A stretch of 64,000 nt of DNA from Octopus vulgaris (lineage: Eukaryota): positions 26,722,001 through 26,786,000 of the forward strand of contig OX597816.1 of the NCBI GenBank assembly GCA_951406725.2, read 5' to 3'. Shown one piece after another: positions 1-13,946 of the stretch (position 1 is the stretch's first letter; the number at the start of each line of letters is the position of its first letter). The position numbers were made by a program, and so were the translations under genes. The notes beneath the pieces were generated by a model. The model saw nothing but the letters and a program-made list of their open reading frames with translations. It did no database searches and was not told where the DNA came from.

Positions 1-203
1 TTAATGCATTTTTTCGCTATTATATAAGGGAAGTAACTCTCTAAAAATGTCTCCGATGAGTCAACGATTTAAAAAAAAATTTACCATAATTCTTTTTTCC
101 ATTTTTAATGCATTTTTTTGCTATTTTTTGGCTATAACTCTCTAAAAATGCTTATATAGTTATTTCCCTTACAAACCTGAGCAACGCCGGGCGAAACTGC
201 TAG
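1..203 (+). mobile_element. Non-autonomous Helitron 3' end
   Basis: Subterminal hairpin (cctgagcaacgccggg) followed by CTAG|T; same family as 15533-16169. Confidence 0.8.
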
Positions 204-328
204 TTACTGTATATTACTATGACAGTTAGCAGATGCCTGAGGACTAAGCCTTAACGGACTCCAACCTTAATGCTAATTTTATCACTGAATTCATTATTGA
301 GTCTCGTTTTACTGACTGTATCTTTGTA

Positions 329-1654
329 CAAGGTGGTCTCAAAAAGTTCTCAGTCTAGCTATGTTTAATATAAAAAAAAATAACTTATTTACATAAGTTT
401 TAACATCATCTCCCTCAAAGTAGTCACCTTGCACTGCAATACACAGTCCCAGCATTCCTGCCACTTATAGAATCTGGCCTGGTAGTCATTTTCTGTGAGT
501 CGAGGACTTCCAGCGCTCTGCACTGGATATCGACAGTGAGGTTTAAAGTGGCGACCTTTGAGCTGCATTTTCATCTTGGGGAAGAGGTGGAAGTCAGCAG
601 GTGATAGATCTAGTGAATAGGTCAGGTGCGGAAGCAATACCATGTTTATGGCAAGAATCTTATGAATGAGGAGAGTTTAGTGACGGATTGCATTGCCATC
701 GTGATCCACAGTTCCAGTCATTTTCATTGAATGTTCTCCCTCGGATATTTCAAAACGTCACAGTAGAACTCTCAATTGATGGTCTGGCCCTGAGGAACAA
801 ATTCTCGATGCACAATACCACATTTCCAGGAGTGACACCCATGGCAGGTCTTCCAGATTGCTCATCATCTCCCAGGAACATTTTTCGGATCTTTTCGGTT
901 TGAATGGCAGTTTTTTCTAGCAGTGTCATATGAAATTGTCACCAATAATTATGACCCTAGAATCGATCTATTGCATTTCAATCTGTTTTAGGGTTAGGAG
1001 TGGGGGAAGGGTATCTTTTTTTCTTCACAAATGTAAATAAACCCAATCTGTTTCTTAAATGAGGGACATATTCATACGGCACAGAATGCTTTTTAACTCA
1101 ATAGATGTCATTGATTGGTTGAAATTGCAGAAATTGAAGAAAAAAAAAACAACAAATATCTTACAGACTATAGAATTTTCTCAATAAAGCCAAGAGAAAA
1201 AGATGTTTTATAAACACATTCTACTAGTATACAAAGTTTAAAATTTTTTAGTTACCTAGAAATTATGTTTAAAAACTACCATTCAAACCGAAAAGATCCC
1301 ATTTTTCTTCTTTTGAAGTACCCATGGCCACTTGAAACACTGCATAGAGCCAATTGCCTTGTTGCCGTAATCATGCCAAAGCATGCTCAATGTCCGTGTA
1401 GCAGACTTCCCAAGTTTAACGCAAAATTTCACATTGGCTCTTTGTTCCTGTTAATGATAAATTCAGACCACAGCATACGCATGATCACAAAAACACAAAT
1501 TTCCCAACTTGCAAAGTAAACACAACAATGTCACTCAGTACACTGCACACTGCCCCACGAAGGTCACTGCTAGCTCTCACTGCGCATGCAACTGTGTGCT
1601 GCCATCTGTTGATATGCTACAGAACAAGTTCAGGAACTTTTTGATACCACCTCG
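329..1654 (-). mobile_element. Internally deleted mariner (Tc1/mariner) element, interrupted by a MITE
   Basis: TA-flanked imperfect TIRs (caaggtggtctcaaaaagttc / gaactttttgataccacctcg); ORF 389-643 has YSLDLSPADFHLF (YSPDLAPxDF motif). Confidence 0.85.
887..1299 (+). mobile_element. Merlin-like MITE, copy 1
   Basis: TIR GGATCTTTTCGGTTTGAA, 8-bp TSD CATTTTTC; GG terminus with 8-bp TSD suggests Merlin. Confidence 0.8.
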
Positions 1655-1689
1655 TACATAGTTTGTACACCCTGTATAAGCTATTTGTC

Positions 1690-2870
1690 TTCAACTAATC
1701 TCTTTAATGACCAACCAAATTACTGAATTACCCTGTCAAAAGGCCTTTACCCAATCGATGAATACCCTGAATAGTGGTTTACTCTCAGCCAAGTATTTCT
1801 CCTTCACTTGTCTCACTAGGAAGATTGCATCCATGATGCCTATTCTAGGCACAAAGCCAAACTGCATCTCATCTAGGTTTACTGTTTCAAATCAATTATG
1901 TTGTGACTCTCTCTATGACTTTCATAGCTTATCCAGCCTGGGTGATTACCATGTATTCTTTCTTACCAAATATTTTAAGCATCTCTGCAACTATCCTTGA
2001 TAGACCAGCTTTTCCTTTATGTCCTTAATCATTCTATCTACCATACTGCTATCAACTTGAAATACCTATTTCTTTACTACCCACAAGGGGCTACACACAG
2101 AAGGGACAAACAAGGACAGGCACACGGATTAAGTCGATTATATCGACCCCAGTGCGTAACTGGTACTTAATTTATCGACCCCTAAAGGATGAAAGGCAAA
2201 GTCTACCTCGGCGGAATTTGAACTCAGAACGTAGCGGCAGACGAAATACCGCTAAGCATTTCGCCCGGCATGCTAACGTTTCTGCCAGCTCGCCGCCTTG
2301 AAATACCATTCCCTCTGTATGGTCAGCATGTGGTAGCCCTTCTTTATCCCATGCATTCTCCACATTCAACAGCCTTTCATAATGGCACTTTCATGCCACT
2401 TTATTGTCTTTATTGGCAAGTAACCCTTCAGCATTTTGGATACATTTCTCCCTAATGACATTTCAGTTCTCTCTCACACTGCAGTACATGTGAAAATTTC
2501 TTCCTTGTTGCCTCTCCCTTAAACTAAGTATACCTATCGCCTAGCTGCCCTTCTAGCTACTTGATAATGCTCTCTACTCACACCTTTCCAAGTTTTTCAA
2601 GTAACTCTTAGCTTTTACAGCCATATTGTTCTACCACTAAATCACCTTCTAATCTGTAACCTTAAACAAGTTATTTTGTTGGAATCCCCAGGTATCTGAA
2701 TCTTTTTCTCTACAGTCATACACGACAAGTAGAATTTCTCTAAATCTATTCTAATTGTGAGTTCTTTTAGCTTCCATGTCTTCCTTCTCCATGTCGTCTT
2801 CTGTCTCTTTACCTGCCTAGCCCTGACTCTGAAGTTACTTTTCTTGAGTAGTGCATTGTTCACCAGGAAA
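1690..2870 (-). mobile_element. Decayed RTE-clade LINE fragment, interrupted by a SINE
   Basis: Minus translation QFGFVPRIGIMDAIFLVRQVKEKY...FIDWVKAF (RT N-terminal region) with stops. Confidence 0.7.
2066..2297 (-). mobile_element. tRNA-derived SINE family A (Meta-domain-like core); other copies 3050-3450 (dimer), 5877-6104, 8573-8800, 22026-22440 (dimer), 55560-55788, 56231-56465
   Basis: Head ggcggcgagctggcagaa with A/B-box-like motifs (gagttcaaattcc), core gcctttcatcctttcggggtcgataaa..agtaccag; TSD cttgaaatacc. Confidence 0.85.
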
Positions 2871-3789
2871 AGCTTTGGTATTTACAATGGTCTGTCCATT
2901 CCATTCTCTGATGAAAATGAAATCTGACTTGAGTTTTCACCAGATTAGCAGGGAATAAGGTGGTTAGCTAGCAACTTGAAGTCTATGTTGCACACTGTTT
3001 AGTTGCAACACCATACTCCAGAAGCCTTACCTCCTCCCCAATTCTCATACCTATTTCTTTACTACCCACAAGGGGCTAAACATAGAGGGGACAAACAAGG
3101 ACAGACAAACGGATTAAGTCGATTATATCGACCTCACTGCGTAACTGGTACTTATTTAATCGACCCTGAAAGGATGAAAGGCAAAGTCGACCTCGGCAGA
3201 ATTTAAACTCAGAACGTAACGGCAGATGAAATACCTATTTCTTTACTACCCACAAGGGGCTAAACACAGAAGGGACAAACGGATTAAGTTGATTATATCG
3301 ACCCTAGTGCGTAACTGGTGCTTATTTAATTGACCCCAAAAGGATGAAAGGCAAAGTCGACCTTGGCAGAATTTGAACTCACAACGTAACGGCAGACGAA
3401 ATACCGCTCAGCATTTCGCCCGGTGTGCTAACGATTCTGCCAGCTCGACGTAGCCATAGGCTCCAGGGATATCATAGAATCCATCATCCTACCAAAGTCT
3501 CCACCTGTAATAATGAGCATACTGTCAGTTCTCATTAAGTTGGTCTATAGAAGAATGTCAAATGTAATTACTTATTTATTCACATTGTTTTAAATTAATC
3601 ATGAATTATTTTGTAGCTTCAAGATTTTGATGATATGATTGTTTTTAGATTGTTGTTGTTGGTGAGACACCAGATCTGGCCAATTTGAACATAAAGCAGA
3701 TAGAATAGTCTGGCTGGTTAAAAGCTAAATGGTTAATAAATTATTATTTTCAGATCTTTCAGGCTGCCCACTGGCACTGATGCCATTCT

Positions 3790-6290
3790 TGCAGGCCCCT
3801 TCAGACTCTTACAAAAAGCTTTGAACCCCAGTCAGCTGCAAGTGCATGTACTTTTCTGCTGCAGTGCATGTACTGTCCTCAACTGACAAAGTCCTCACTC
3901 CTACACCAGATGTTCTGGATGCTCTCTGTCTCAGATATCCGGGCCCTCCAGAAAATATCAGGGATATCAGAGACACAGCCTTGACTATGACATGGCTGCT
4001 GCCATGAGAGTCTTCCCTGTGAGCAGCAGTGGTGGAGCTGGTGTCCTGCAAGCTGGTTGCCCTAAAGATTTAATTTTGCACACTCTGCCAAGGTGGACAC
4101 ATGCTTGTTCCAATCTGTCACCATTTTGACAGACTGGCTTCTTTATGCGGATCTCCCCTGTCATGCCCTAGATCTTCTCTTCCTAGCCAACCTGATTGTC
4201 CTGAAAAAAAAGGATGAAAGCATTTGTCCTATAGCAGCGTGAAATGTCTTCCTTCATCTTGCAGCTTGGCTAGTTTGTAGATCAGTCAGTGATGACCTGA
4301 GTGAGGCACTCATCCATGTCCAGCTGGGGATGGGAGTCAAGAGTGGTTGTGAGGTTGCTGCCCATACTGCCCGACACTTTATACGGCACACACATCCTTC
4401 ATCTCCTTGCCTCTTACTGAAGTTGGATTTTAAAAATGCCTTCAACAGTGTCAAATGCAACCACATCTTGGAAACATGTCTAAACATGCCCCCCTCATTA
4501 TATCCACTCACATACCTCTCCTATGGTACACGCTGCTCGTTCATAGCTGCTGACAACAGGATTGCTTCTTCCACAAGTGTCTGCTGGGTGACCCTCTTGG
4601 TCTACTCCTTTTTGCTCTAGCTGTCAACAATGTTGCCCGATCAGTCCACTTACCCTTCAATGTCTAGTACCTGGATGACACAACCCTGGGTGGCCCAGCT
4701 GAGTCTGTTGTTAGGGACCTTCAGCAGGTTATAAAACTTCTTGGACTTGAGATCAACCCATCCAAGTAGGAGGTGATTAATGTGAGCTATAGCAAGGCCA
4801 AATTTCGAGATGCTATACTCAGTATCCAGTCTGTCTTGGCCAGGGTTCAGCTGACACCTAAGGATGCTGTCTGCATGCTTGGTTCCCCCAATCCTCCAAA
4901 AAAGGTATAATAGAGTGTCTAGAAAACAAGCTTGTGGGCTTGTCCAGGATGATTAATTGATTGCACCTTATTGATGTGCACTTGGCGGCACTCTTCCTCT
5001 TAAGGAATTGCTCTGCCTAAGCTGCTGTTCTTGCCACTGTGCACCATATCGCTCTCTCAGAGACCACCTCTGTGATTTCAGCAACACCATCCAGTACTGT
5101 ACCAAATTGATGTGCAATGTCAGTTTTGACAATGCTGGCTGACAACAGGCTAAACTGCCCGTTAGATTCAGGGATCTTGGTCTCTGATCTGCCAACGTAT
5201 CTTTCCTTGGTCTCCTTCAGCTGCACCCTCATTGGGAAGATACTCCATGAGATAGCCATATCTGATGTGGCCCTGAAATTGGAGTCAGCCCTAGCCAGTT
5301 GGACCACTGATGGGCTCGCCATCCCCCAGAATATATGTCCAATGCAACTGGGACAACATCAGATGCATCGACCCTTGAGCAGCTAGAGACATCACTAGAT
5401 CAGCACCACCTTGCCTTCCTCCATTCCACCTTGTAGCCAAGTAGAGGCACATGGCTCAATTCAGTGCCCTCTTCATCTACTACTACCCTTCTAGATGACG
5501 CGTGCACCCATATTGAAGTTGCCCGATACTTTACTCTCCACATGTGTGAGTTACACAGATGTTGCTGCAGAGCAGCTGTAGCATGGATCAATTCCTCCAA
5601 AACACCATGCTAAATGACATAATCAGAAGGGGTTTGACACAGCTGGCTTCACATCTCAACTTGAGCCATTCAAGGGAGGCAGATCTCTAGTATGGGACAC
5701 ATGCAGTAACACATTCTCGAGCTCCAACCATGCAGTATCTACTGCAAACCCTGGGGTTGCTGCCCATAATGTAGAGGAGAAAAAAAATCAATAAATACAG
5801 GAGCCTGTCCAGCTACTATCGGTTTGTGTTGGTTGCCATTGAGGCGTGAGGTTTTTCTAGGACCCTATACTACTAAGGCGGTGAGCTGGCAGAAACGTTA
5901 GCGCACCGGGCGAAATGCTTAGCTGTTTTTCGTCTGTCGTTACGTTCTGAGTTCAAATTCCGCCGAGGTCGACTTTGCCTTTCATCCTTTCGGAGCCGAT
6001 AAATTAAGTACCAGTTTCGCACTGGGGTCTATTTAATCAACTTAATCTCTTTGTCTGTCCTTGTTTGTCCCCTCTATGTTTAGCCCCCTAGTGGGTAGTA
6101 AAGATATATATACTACTGATCTCCTCTGCAAAATAGGGATGACAGCAGCCCATTGGGAAAAATGAGCACTGCAAGTTGGAGTGGCTGCTGCAGTGAGTGG
6201 CACTGGCCATTCTCTGCAGCAATACCGTTGCAGTCATTACCATGAGGCACAGCTGAGCACCCCACTTGCTCTGGGATATGTGGCCCATCG
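3790..6290 (+). mobile_element. Degraded CRE-clade non-LTR retrotransposon (RT + restriction-like endonuclease)
   Basis: QLGMGVKSGCE..H, LLKLDFKNAFNSV, GDPLG, YLDD (preceding W mutated to TAG), LEPFKGGRSLVWD, VAIE and terminal LQ..ALAI..N motifs; multiple stops and frameshifts; SINE inserted at 5877-6104. Confidence 0.8.
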
Positions 6291-6511
6291 CCTCCTCCCC
6301 CTCCTTTTTTTTCTTTTTTCTTACTCTTCTTTTCTTATCTCTGTTCTTCCCTGATCTTTTTTGTATTCTCATGAAATAAAAAACTTTCATCTAATTTGTA
6401 AAAAAATATTTTCGCATTTTTCTCTTACTTTATTTTTATTAATTTTCTTTTATTTTTTTCTTTCCTTTTTTTCTTTTTCTAGTATATTATAATTTGAAGA
6501 GACTTCGCATC

Positions 6512-6706
6512 ATGTCTTCAAGTTGCTTTCTTCGACCACTTCCTCTCTCTATGCTCCTACTCATCTCATTCTCCCTTGTATATTTGGTCTTTGATGCATA
6601 TTCAGTCTACAAGATCCCATTTCGTCTTCTTCCACGGAAAACTGAGCATGACCGAAATCGTGACTATTCTCGGTGGCCAACCTACAAGCACATGAATTTC
6701 AATAAT
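6512..6706 (+). CDS. Coding exon 1 (MSSSCF...HMNFNN), contains hydrophobic signal-anchor
   Basis: Long pyrimidine tract + AG at 6481-6482, ATG 6512, donor AAT|GTAAGT at 6706/6707; [18 protein letters not shown] is hydrophobic; phase 0. Confidence 0.8.
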
Positions 6707-9700
6707 GTAAGTCAAACTGAATTTATACATTGATTTTTCTCATTATCTATCTGTTTTATTGAATTAAACATTTACAGCTGTGCAAACTGTACTGTATCAA
6801 CCTACTTTAGAAATGAATTAGCTTTGTAGGTAAGCTATTGAATCCCTTGCTGCAAGTTGAAATCCAGTATGGACATGTTCTGTATTGCCTTTTCACTCCA
6901 ACTATGTGATCTGGTATCTGACTCTGACTCACTTGCAATGTTATTTTTATTAAATTTGTGGGATCTTTTCGGTTTGAACGGCAGTTTTTTCTAGCGGTGT
7001 CATATGAAATTGTCACCCATAATTATGACCCTAGTATCGATCTATTGCATTTCAATCTATTTTAGGGTTAGGGTTAGGGGTGGGTGGAAGGGTATCTTTT
7101 TTCCTTCACAAATGTAAATAAACCCAATCTGTTTCTTAAACGAGGGACATATTCATACAGCACAGAATGCTTTTTTACCTCAAATACGTCAGTGATTGGT
7201 TGAAATTGCAGAAATTGAAGAAAAAAACAACAACAAATATCTTACAAACTATAGAATTTTCTCAATAAAGCCAAGAGAAAAAGATGTTTTATAAACACAT
7301 TCTACCAGTATACGAAGTTTAAAATTTTTTAGTTACCTAGAAATTATGTTAAAAACTGCCGTTCAAACCGAAAAGATCCAATTTGTGTCCTAGCCAGGAG
7401 CAAGATTTACATCTCATCTACTCCAAACTATGATACTAGAGCTAAATACCAACACTTTGAGAATCCTCAAGAGTCAGTAAGTGATAATTTAAAATGAAGA
7501 ATTTGTAGTTTTCGCAAGTATGGAAATTTAAATATCACTATGTTATCCAGTTGATAAAGCCTGTGACAATCAGCAATTTCTAACTAGTTTTGATACATAC
7601 AAGTTTTGAATAGCATAAAATGCGTTTAAGATATTCCTCAGAGTCTTCTTACTACTCGCTGGAAGAGTCTAACATTTGTTGGACTCACAATCACGAGGTA
7701 GTGAGTTCAATTCCCAGACCGGGCTGTGTGTTGTGTTCTTGAGCAAGACACTTTATTTCATGTTGGCCAACATGAAATAAAGTGTCTTGCTCAAGAAGTT
7801 CACTCAGCTGTAGAAATGAGTTGCAACGTCATTGATACCAATCTGTATTTGCCTTTGCCTTTCCCTTGGATAACATCAGTGGCATGGAGAGGGGAGGGTG
7901 GTATTCATGGGTGACTGCTGGTCTTCCATAAACAACCATGTACGGACTTGTGCCTTGAAGGGGAAATTTCCAGGTGCAATCCCATGGTCACTCATGACCA
8001 AAGAGGATCTTTACCCTTTACCCTGGTTATTTTACTCCAGGCCTACTCTAATCAAGCAGATCTGTGATCAAAGGCATGACAAGCTATGAAAATCCCATCT
8101 TTAAGAGTAAATTAGGCTAGATCAGTGGTTCCCAAACTTTTTAGAGTCGTGACTCACTATTTATCACACCAGTTTATGACGACCCACTTATAAGTCTTGA
8201 ACTATCTCGATAGACAGCTGTTAATCAAAGCTAATGCGTAATTTTATAACTTTTTGCGACCCACTAAGATTCCGTTCGCGACCCATCTGTGGGTCACGAC
8301 TCGTAGTTTGGGAACCACTGGGCTAGATCAATCTTGTTCTGATATGGCAATAGAGAGATTTTGATGATTGATATTCCTTGCAAGTTGAACGACTAAATAG
8401 AAGCTCCATGAAATAGGGAGGTAATGCAGTTTTACCTTAGTAATTGCTGTCATGGCATCACCATTCATGAATAAGATAACTAGTTCTTTATCAGTTGGAA
8501 GGTTGTAACATTCCAGATCTTTGTCTTTGATAACATGATTTCCAAGACATTAGTTTTTCATTCATATGTATATCTATTTCTTTACTACCCACAAGGGGCT
8601 AAACACGGAAGGGACAAACAAGGACAGACAAAGGGATTAAGTCGATTATATCGACCCCAGTGCGTAACTGGTACTTAATTTATCGACCCCGAAAGGATGA
8701 AAGGCAAAGTCGACCTCGGCGGAATTTGAACTCAGAACGTAACGACAGACGAAATACGACTACGCATTTCACCCGGCGTGCTAACGTTTCTGCCAGCTCA
8801 CTGCATTATATATTTTTATATATTTATATATATATATTTTATACCCTTATATATTTTTACTCATGCATATCATTTTAACATGCTATGCTTTCCTTCACAT
8901 TTTATACATACACTCACATTCACTAACAGATATATATACACACACTCACACACACATGCACATATATAGTTTACATTTGTGTGTTTCAGGAATGGTTCAA
9001 GTTACACTGTTGGAACAATGAGAAAATTTCAATCTCTAATCTATATTCTGTCCTGAAGACACTAAAAATGTCTTCACTCAGTGAGTGCAGGTATGTCGGT
9101 CTCTGTAGATCTTCCTAGTGAACTTTCCTAAATGTTGGCCTATTTGTCATTGCCTCTACTTGTGCTTCTTTATTTCTTGCATCTTTTTTTTTGTCCATTT
9201 CCATATCTGTCTTTCTCTTCCTCTTTTCTTTTGCCTCACTGTCTTTTTCAACATATATTTAACTATTTATCTACATCTATCAGTATATTCTCTCCAACTG
9301 TCTGCATATTTGCACATAAGATTAATGCATGTATCAGTTCCACATAGCCCCTGCCCATTCAAAGTACCCCGGATCCCAGATAGTCCTGCTGTGCCTGAGG
9401 AGATCTGTTGAGTCAAGTACATGAACATGAACGTCGAAATAAATATCAATGGAAATAGGAGAAATGTGGCACATAAAAAGCACCATCCAAATGTAGCTGA
9501 TGCCAGCGCCGCCTCGACTGGTTTGTGTGCCGGTGGCACATAAAAAGTACTATCCGAACGTGGCCGATGCCAGCGCTGCCCCGATTGGCCTCTGTGCCGG
9601 TAAGACCATCCGAACGTTGCCAGCGCCGCCTTGGCTGGCTCCCGTGCCGCTGGCACGTTAAAAGCTCGAACCGATCGTGACCGATGCCGGACCCCCCGGC

Positions 9701-10066
9701 CCCTGTGCAGATGGCACGTAAAAAGCACCCACTCCACTCGCGGAGTGGTTGGCGTTAGGAAGGGCATCCAGCCGTAGAAACTCTGCCAGATCAGACTGGA
9801 GCCTGGAGCGGCCCCTGGCTTCCCAGACCCCGGTCGAACCGTCCAACCCGTGCTAGCGCGGAAAACGGACGTTAAACGATGATGATGATGTACACATGCG
9901 CATATATACATATCAATCAGATGGTTGCATTTCACACCTGTGTTAAATTACCATTTATTTACTATACATATGTTTGTTCATTTTTACATGTTTACCTGAA
10001 ACTTTTCATAGGTTTATCACACCTACAGTCATGAAGTGAATTCTTATGTGTTGGGTGGGATATATG

Positions 10067-10122
<56 letters not shown>

Positions 10123-10271
10123 ATATATATGTATGTATATATATATGTATGTATATATATATATATGTATGTATATATATATATGTATGTATATATATAT
10201 ATGTATGTATATATATATATGTATATATGTATATATATATATGTATGTATGTATATATATATGTATGTATG

Positions 10272-10305
<34 letters not shown>

Positions 10306-10427
10306 TATATATGTATGTATGTATATATATATGTATGTATGTATATATGTATGTATGTATATATATATATGTATGTATATATATATGTATGTATGTATAT
10401 ATATGTATGTATGTATATATAAATATG

Positions 10428-10466
<39 letters not shown>

Positions 10467-10644
10467 GTATATATATGTATGTATGTATATATATATATAT
10501 GTATGTATATATATATGTATGTATATATATATGTATGTATATATATATGTATGTATATATATATATATATGTATGTATATATATATATATACATCATCAT
10601 CATCATCATCATTTAACGGACGCTAAATGATGATGATGATGATG

Positions 10645-10675
<31 letters not shown>

Positions 10676-12552
10676 TATATGTATGTATATATGTATGTAT
10701 ATATATATAAGTATATATATATGTATGTATGTATATATATATATGTATGTATATATATATAAGTATATATATATGTATGTATGTATATATATATATATAA
10801 GTATATATATGTATGTATGTTAGGAAAGGCATCCAGCTGTAGAAACATTGCCAGATCGGATTGGAGCCTGTTGCAGCCTTCTGGCTCGCCAACCCTCAGT
10901 CAAACCGTCCAACCCATGCCAGCATGGAAAGCGGATATTAAATGATGACAATGACACATGTGTCTTTACATCTGTTTGCAGATGCATGGGGTTGTTTTAG
11001 CTTTTCTAATAAATCTTCAGTAATCAGTATTCCTGTGTACTGACCAAATTCACATAACCTTAGTTACACATATATCACTAAACACATGCAACATACCTTG
11101 ACTGTTACAATATATTTCCTATACAAACAGCCATATTTCATGATTCTCTTGTGTGTGGATTTTAGTTAATCTGCTTTGGTCTATTTCGTTTTTGGATTTG
11201 GTCTGCAAGATTCTTTATATGAGTTCGTGTGTTGAAGCATATTCTGTTGTGTCTGGGGAGAGTCATTCTCTTTTAGTGCCTTATAATTTAACACACTCGC
11301 CGGTAAAATTTCCACTTATTTCCTTTTTATTTTCTAAAATTTTCGTTGCGTCTTGCAACCTTTTCAATAGTCTTGAAATAGTCTTTAACACACTCACTGG
11401 TAAAATTTCCACTTATTTCTTTTATTTTTATTTTTCTAAAATTTTCGTTGCGTCTTGCAACCTTTTCAATAGTCTTGAACGAAAATTTTAGAAAATAAGA
11501 AATAAGTGGAAATTTTACCGGTGAGTGTGTTAAATAATAAGGCACTAAAAGAGAATGACTCTCCCCAGACACAACAGAATATGCTTTGGTTTAATTACAT
11601 TTCTGTTTTTTAAATACATATTTCTCTCTCCATCAGAGAACTATACGACAGAATCTCCAGTATATTCAGTGTAACTCAGAGGTCAGGTCAACTTGTGCTA
11701 CCATCCCCATTTGTTGTGAAAGTGAGAAAATGGTTAGGTGGGAATCCATCATTATTTGAAGAAGCTAAATATCAGGTAAGTAAAATGTTTAAATCATCAT
11801 CATCATCATCATCATCATGTCCAAGATAAATTTTTGTTTATAAGATTATAATTTTCTAGACTTTTAACTTTATCTTTAGAGCGTATCTTTTATCTAATAC
11901 TTGTTTCAGTCATTAGACCACGGCCATACTGGAGCACCATCATTAAGGATTTTAGTCAAGTGAATCAACCCCAGTACCATTTTACTTTAAAGCCTGTACT
12001 TATTCTATCAGTCCCTTTTGCCAAACTGCCAAGTTACAAGGACATAAACACACTAACACTGGTTGTTAGGTGGTGGGAGGAGACAAAGATACACACAGAT
12101 AGATATATATATATATAAGATGGACTTCTTTCAGTTTCCATCTATGAAATCCACTCACAAGGCCTTTGTTTGGCCCAAGGCTATAGTAGAAGACGCTCAC
12201 CCAAGGTGCTACGCAATGAGACAACCCAGAACCATGTGATTGGCAAGCAAACTGCTTACCACACCGCCACCTGTACAAAGTTTATATGTACATAACATTA
12301 TTGACTGATCTGATTTCAGGTGTTTCATTTCTGGATGTGTTGATGACCTCTGAATGAATTCACATTATGCACTTTTATTTCTAAACTTATTTATGAGCAA
12401 TAGAGCCAGACCAGTGAGAGTTAGTCAAAAAAAAAAATCTATATAGTGAGAATTTACAAAAAAAAACAAAAGATCAAAAGACGAATGTGTAAAGAACAAA
12501 CAGATGTATTAATTCAATGCTTGGGAAGTGAGGAAGTCTTTTACAATATACC

Positions 12553-12590
<38 letters not shown>

Positions 12591-13875
12591 ATTTAACCCT
12601 TTCATTACTGTATTTATTTTGAGATGCTCTGTGTTTCTTTCTATTATTTTAAGCATAACAAAGAATTTAGTAAAATAACTTAGTTATATGGTGGTGCCCC
12701 AGCATGGCCACAGCTCGTGAGCTGAGATAAAATAAAAAAAAAATAAAATTATCATTAAGCTAGTGTTAAGAACATAAACTGTGACTAAGGCTTGGTGGAA
12801 GATTTTAATTCAAAACTTATGAAAACAAGACATTTTACCACAGAGCCAGAGCCGGTTTTGGCCGGGTTAGTAACAAAAGGGTTAAAGGGCTAAAAAACCA
12901 CTAGGTGGTCAGCCGTATGCTAGAAGTAAATCACCTACGATCAAACTACTAAATATACACGTGTTAGAATTTTCTCTGATTTTTCAGATTTTTGTATGCT
13001 AGGCTACTGGTTTTAAATTGATATTAATTAAATTAATATTCAATTTATCTACCTCATAATTTAAATATATATATATATATATATTTTACTGTTTTTGTTC
13101 TCATTGTTCTGTCTTTTACTGATTTTACTTTTTTATTGTTCTCACTGTCCTGTTCTTGTTAACACTTTTACCCTCTGCAAAAAATCCCAAATTTTATTTA
13201 ATTTGCTTTGCGGGAAGGACTGTTTCAACGAAGTCGCGTCTTGCCTTTACCTTTGAAACGTGGAGTAGATGAAACAGGGGACAACTGAAGAAGGGAAATA
13301 TTCTTTATGTTGTACGTCTCGTTTCTCTGTTTGTTTGTTTTCGTTGTTTGAAAGAAAGTTCGTTTCTATGTTTTTGTTTTTTCGTTTCTCATTGTGTTCA
13401 ACGTTTTATTGATGTCCTGTACCCATATATGCATATGTATATATACATATACTTGTAGATATGTACATATATGTATATATGCATATATTTATATATTATT
13501 TATATGTGTGTGTGTGTAGAGTGTTAGGTGTGATGTACAGAAATGAATATTGAGAAAAAGAATTTTTTTTATATTAGCGCTTTCATTAGTCTTTCAAACT
13601 TACCAAATATAATTGTGAGCATACTGATATCTTGCTTATTTATATAAAACAGATGTTTTGGGGGGGATTTTGTTTATAAGAGAACATTGTTTTTTTTTGG
13701 GGGGGGGGTTGAGGCTTTGAAGACAATGGATGGATAAATAAATAGATAGATAGATAGACAGACAAACAGCCAAATAGACAGATAGATAGATAGATAGAGA
13801 GAGAGACAGACAGACAGACAGATAGAGAGAGAGACAGACAGATAGATAGATAGATAGATAGAGAGACAGATAGAT

Positions 13876-13946
<71 letters not shown>

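Noticed and set aside
10036-10892. Long YI/CM/HT-rich ORFs (also 13674-14872, 45145-46551)
   Set aside because: Translations of (TA)n/(TATG)n/(GATA)n microsatellites
13200-13330. CTGAAGA...GAAA as a hammerhead
   Set aside because: No stem II between the core motifs
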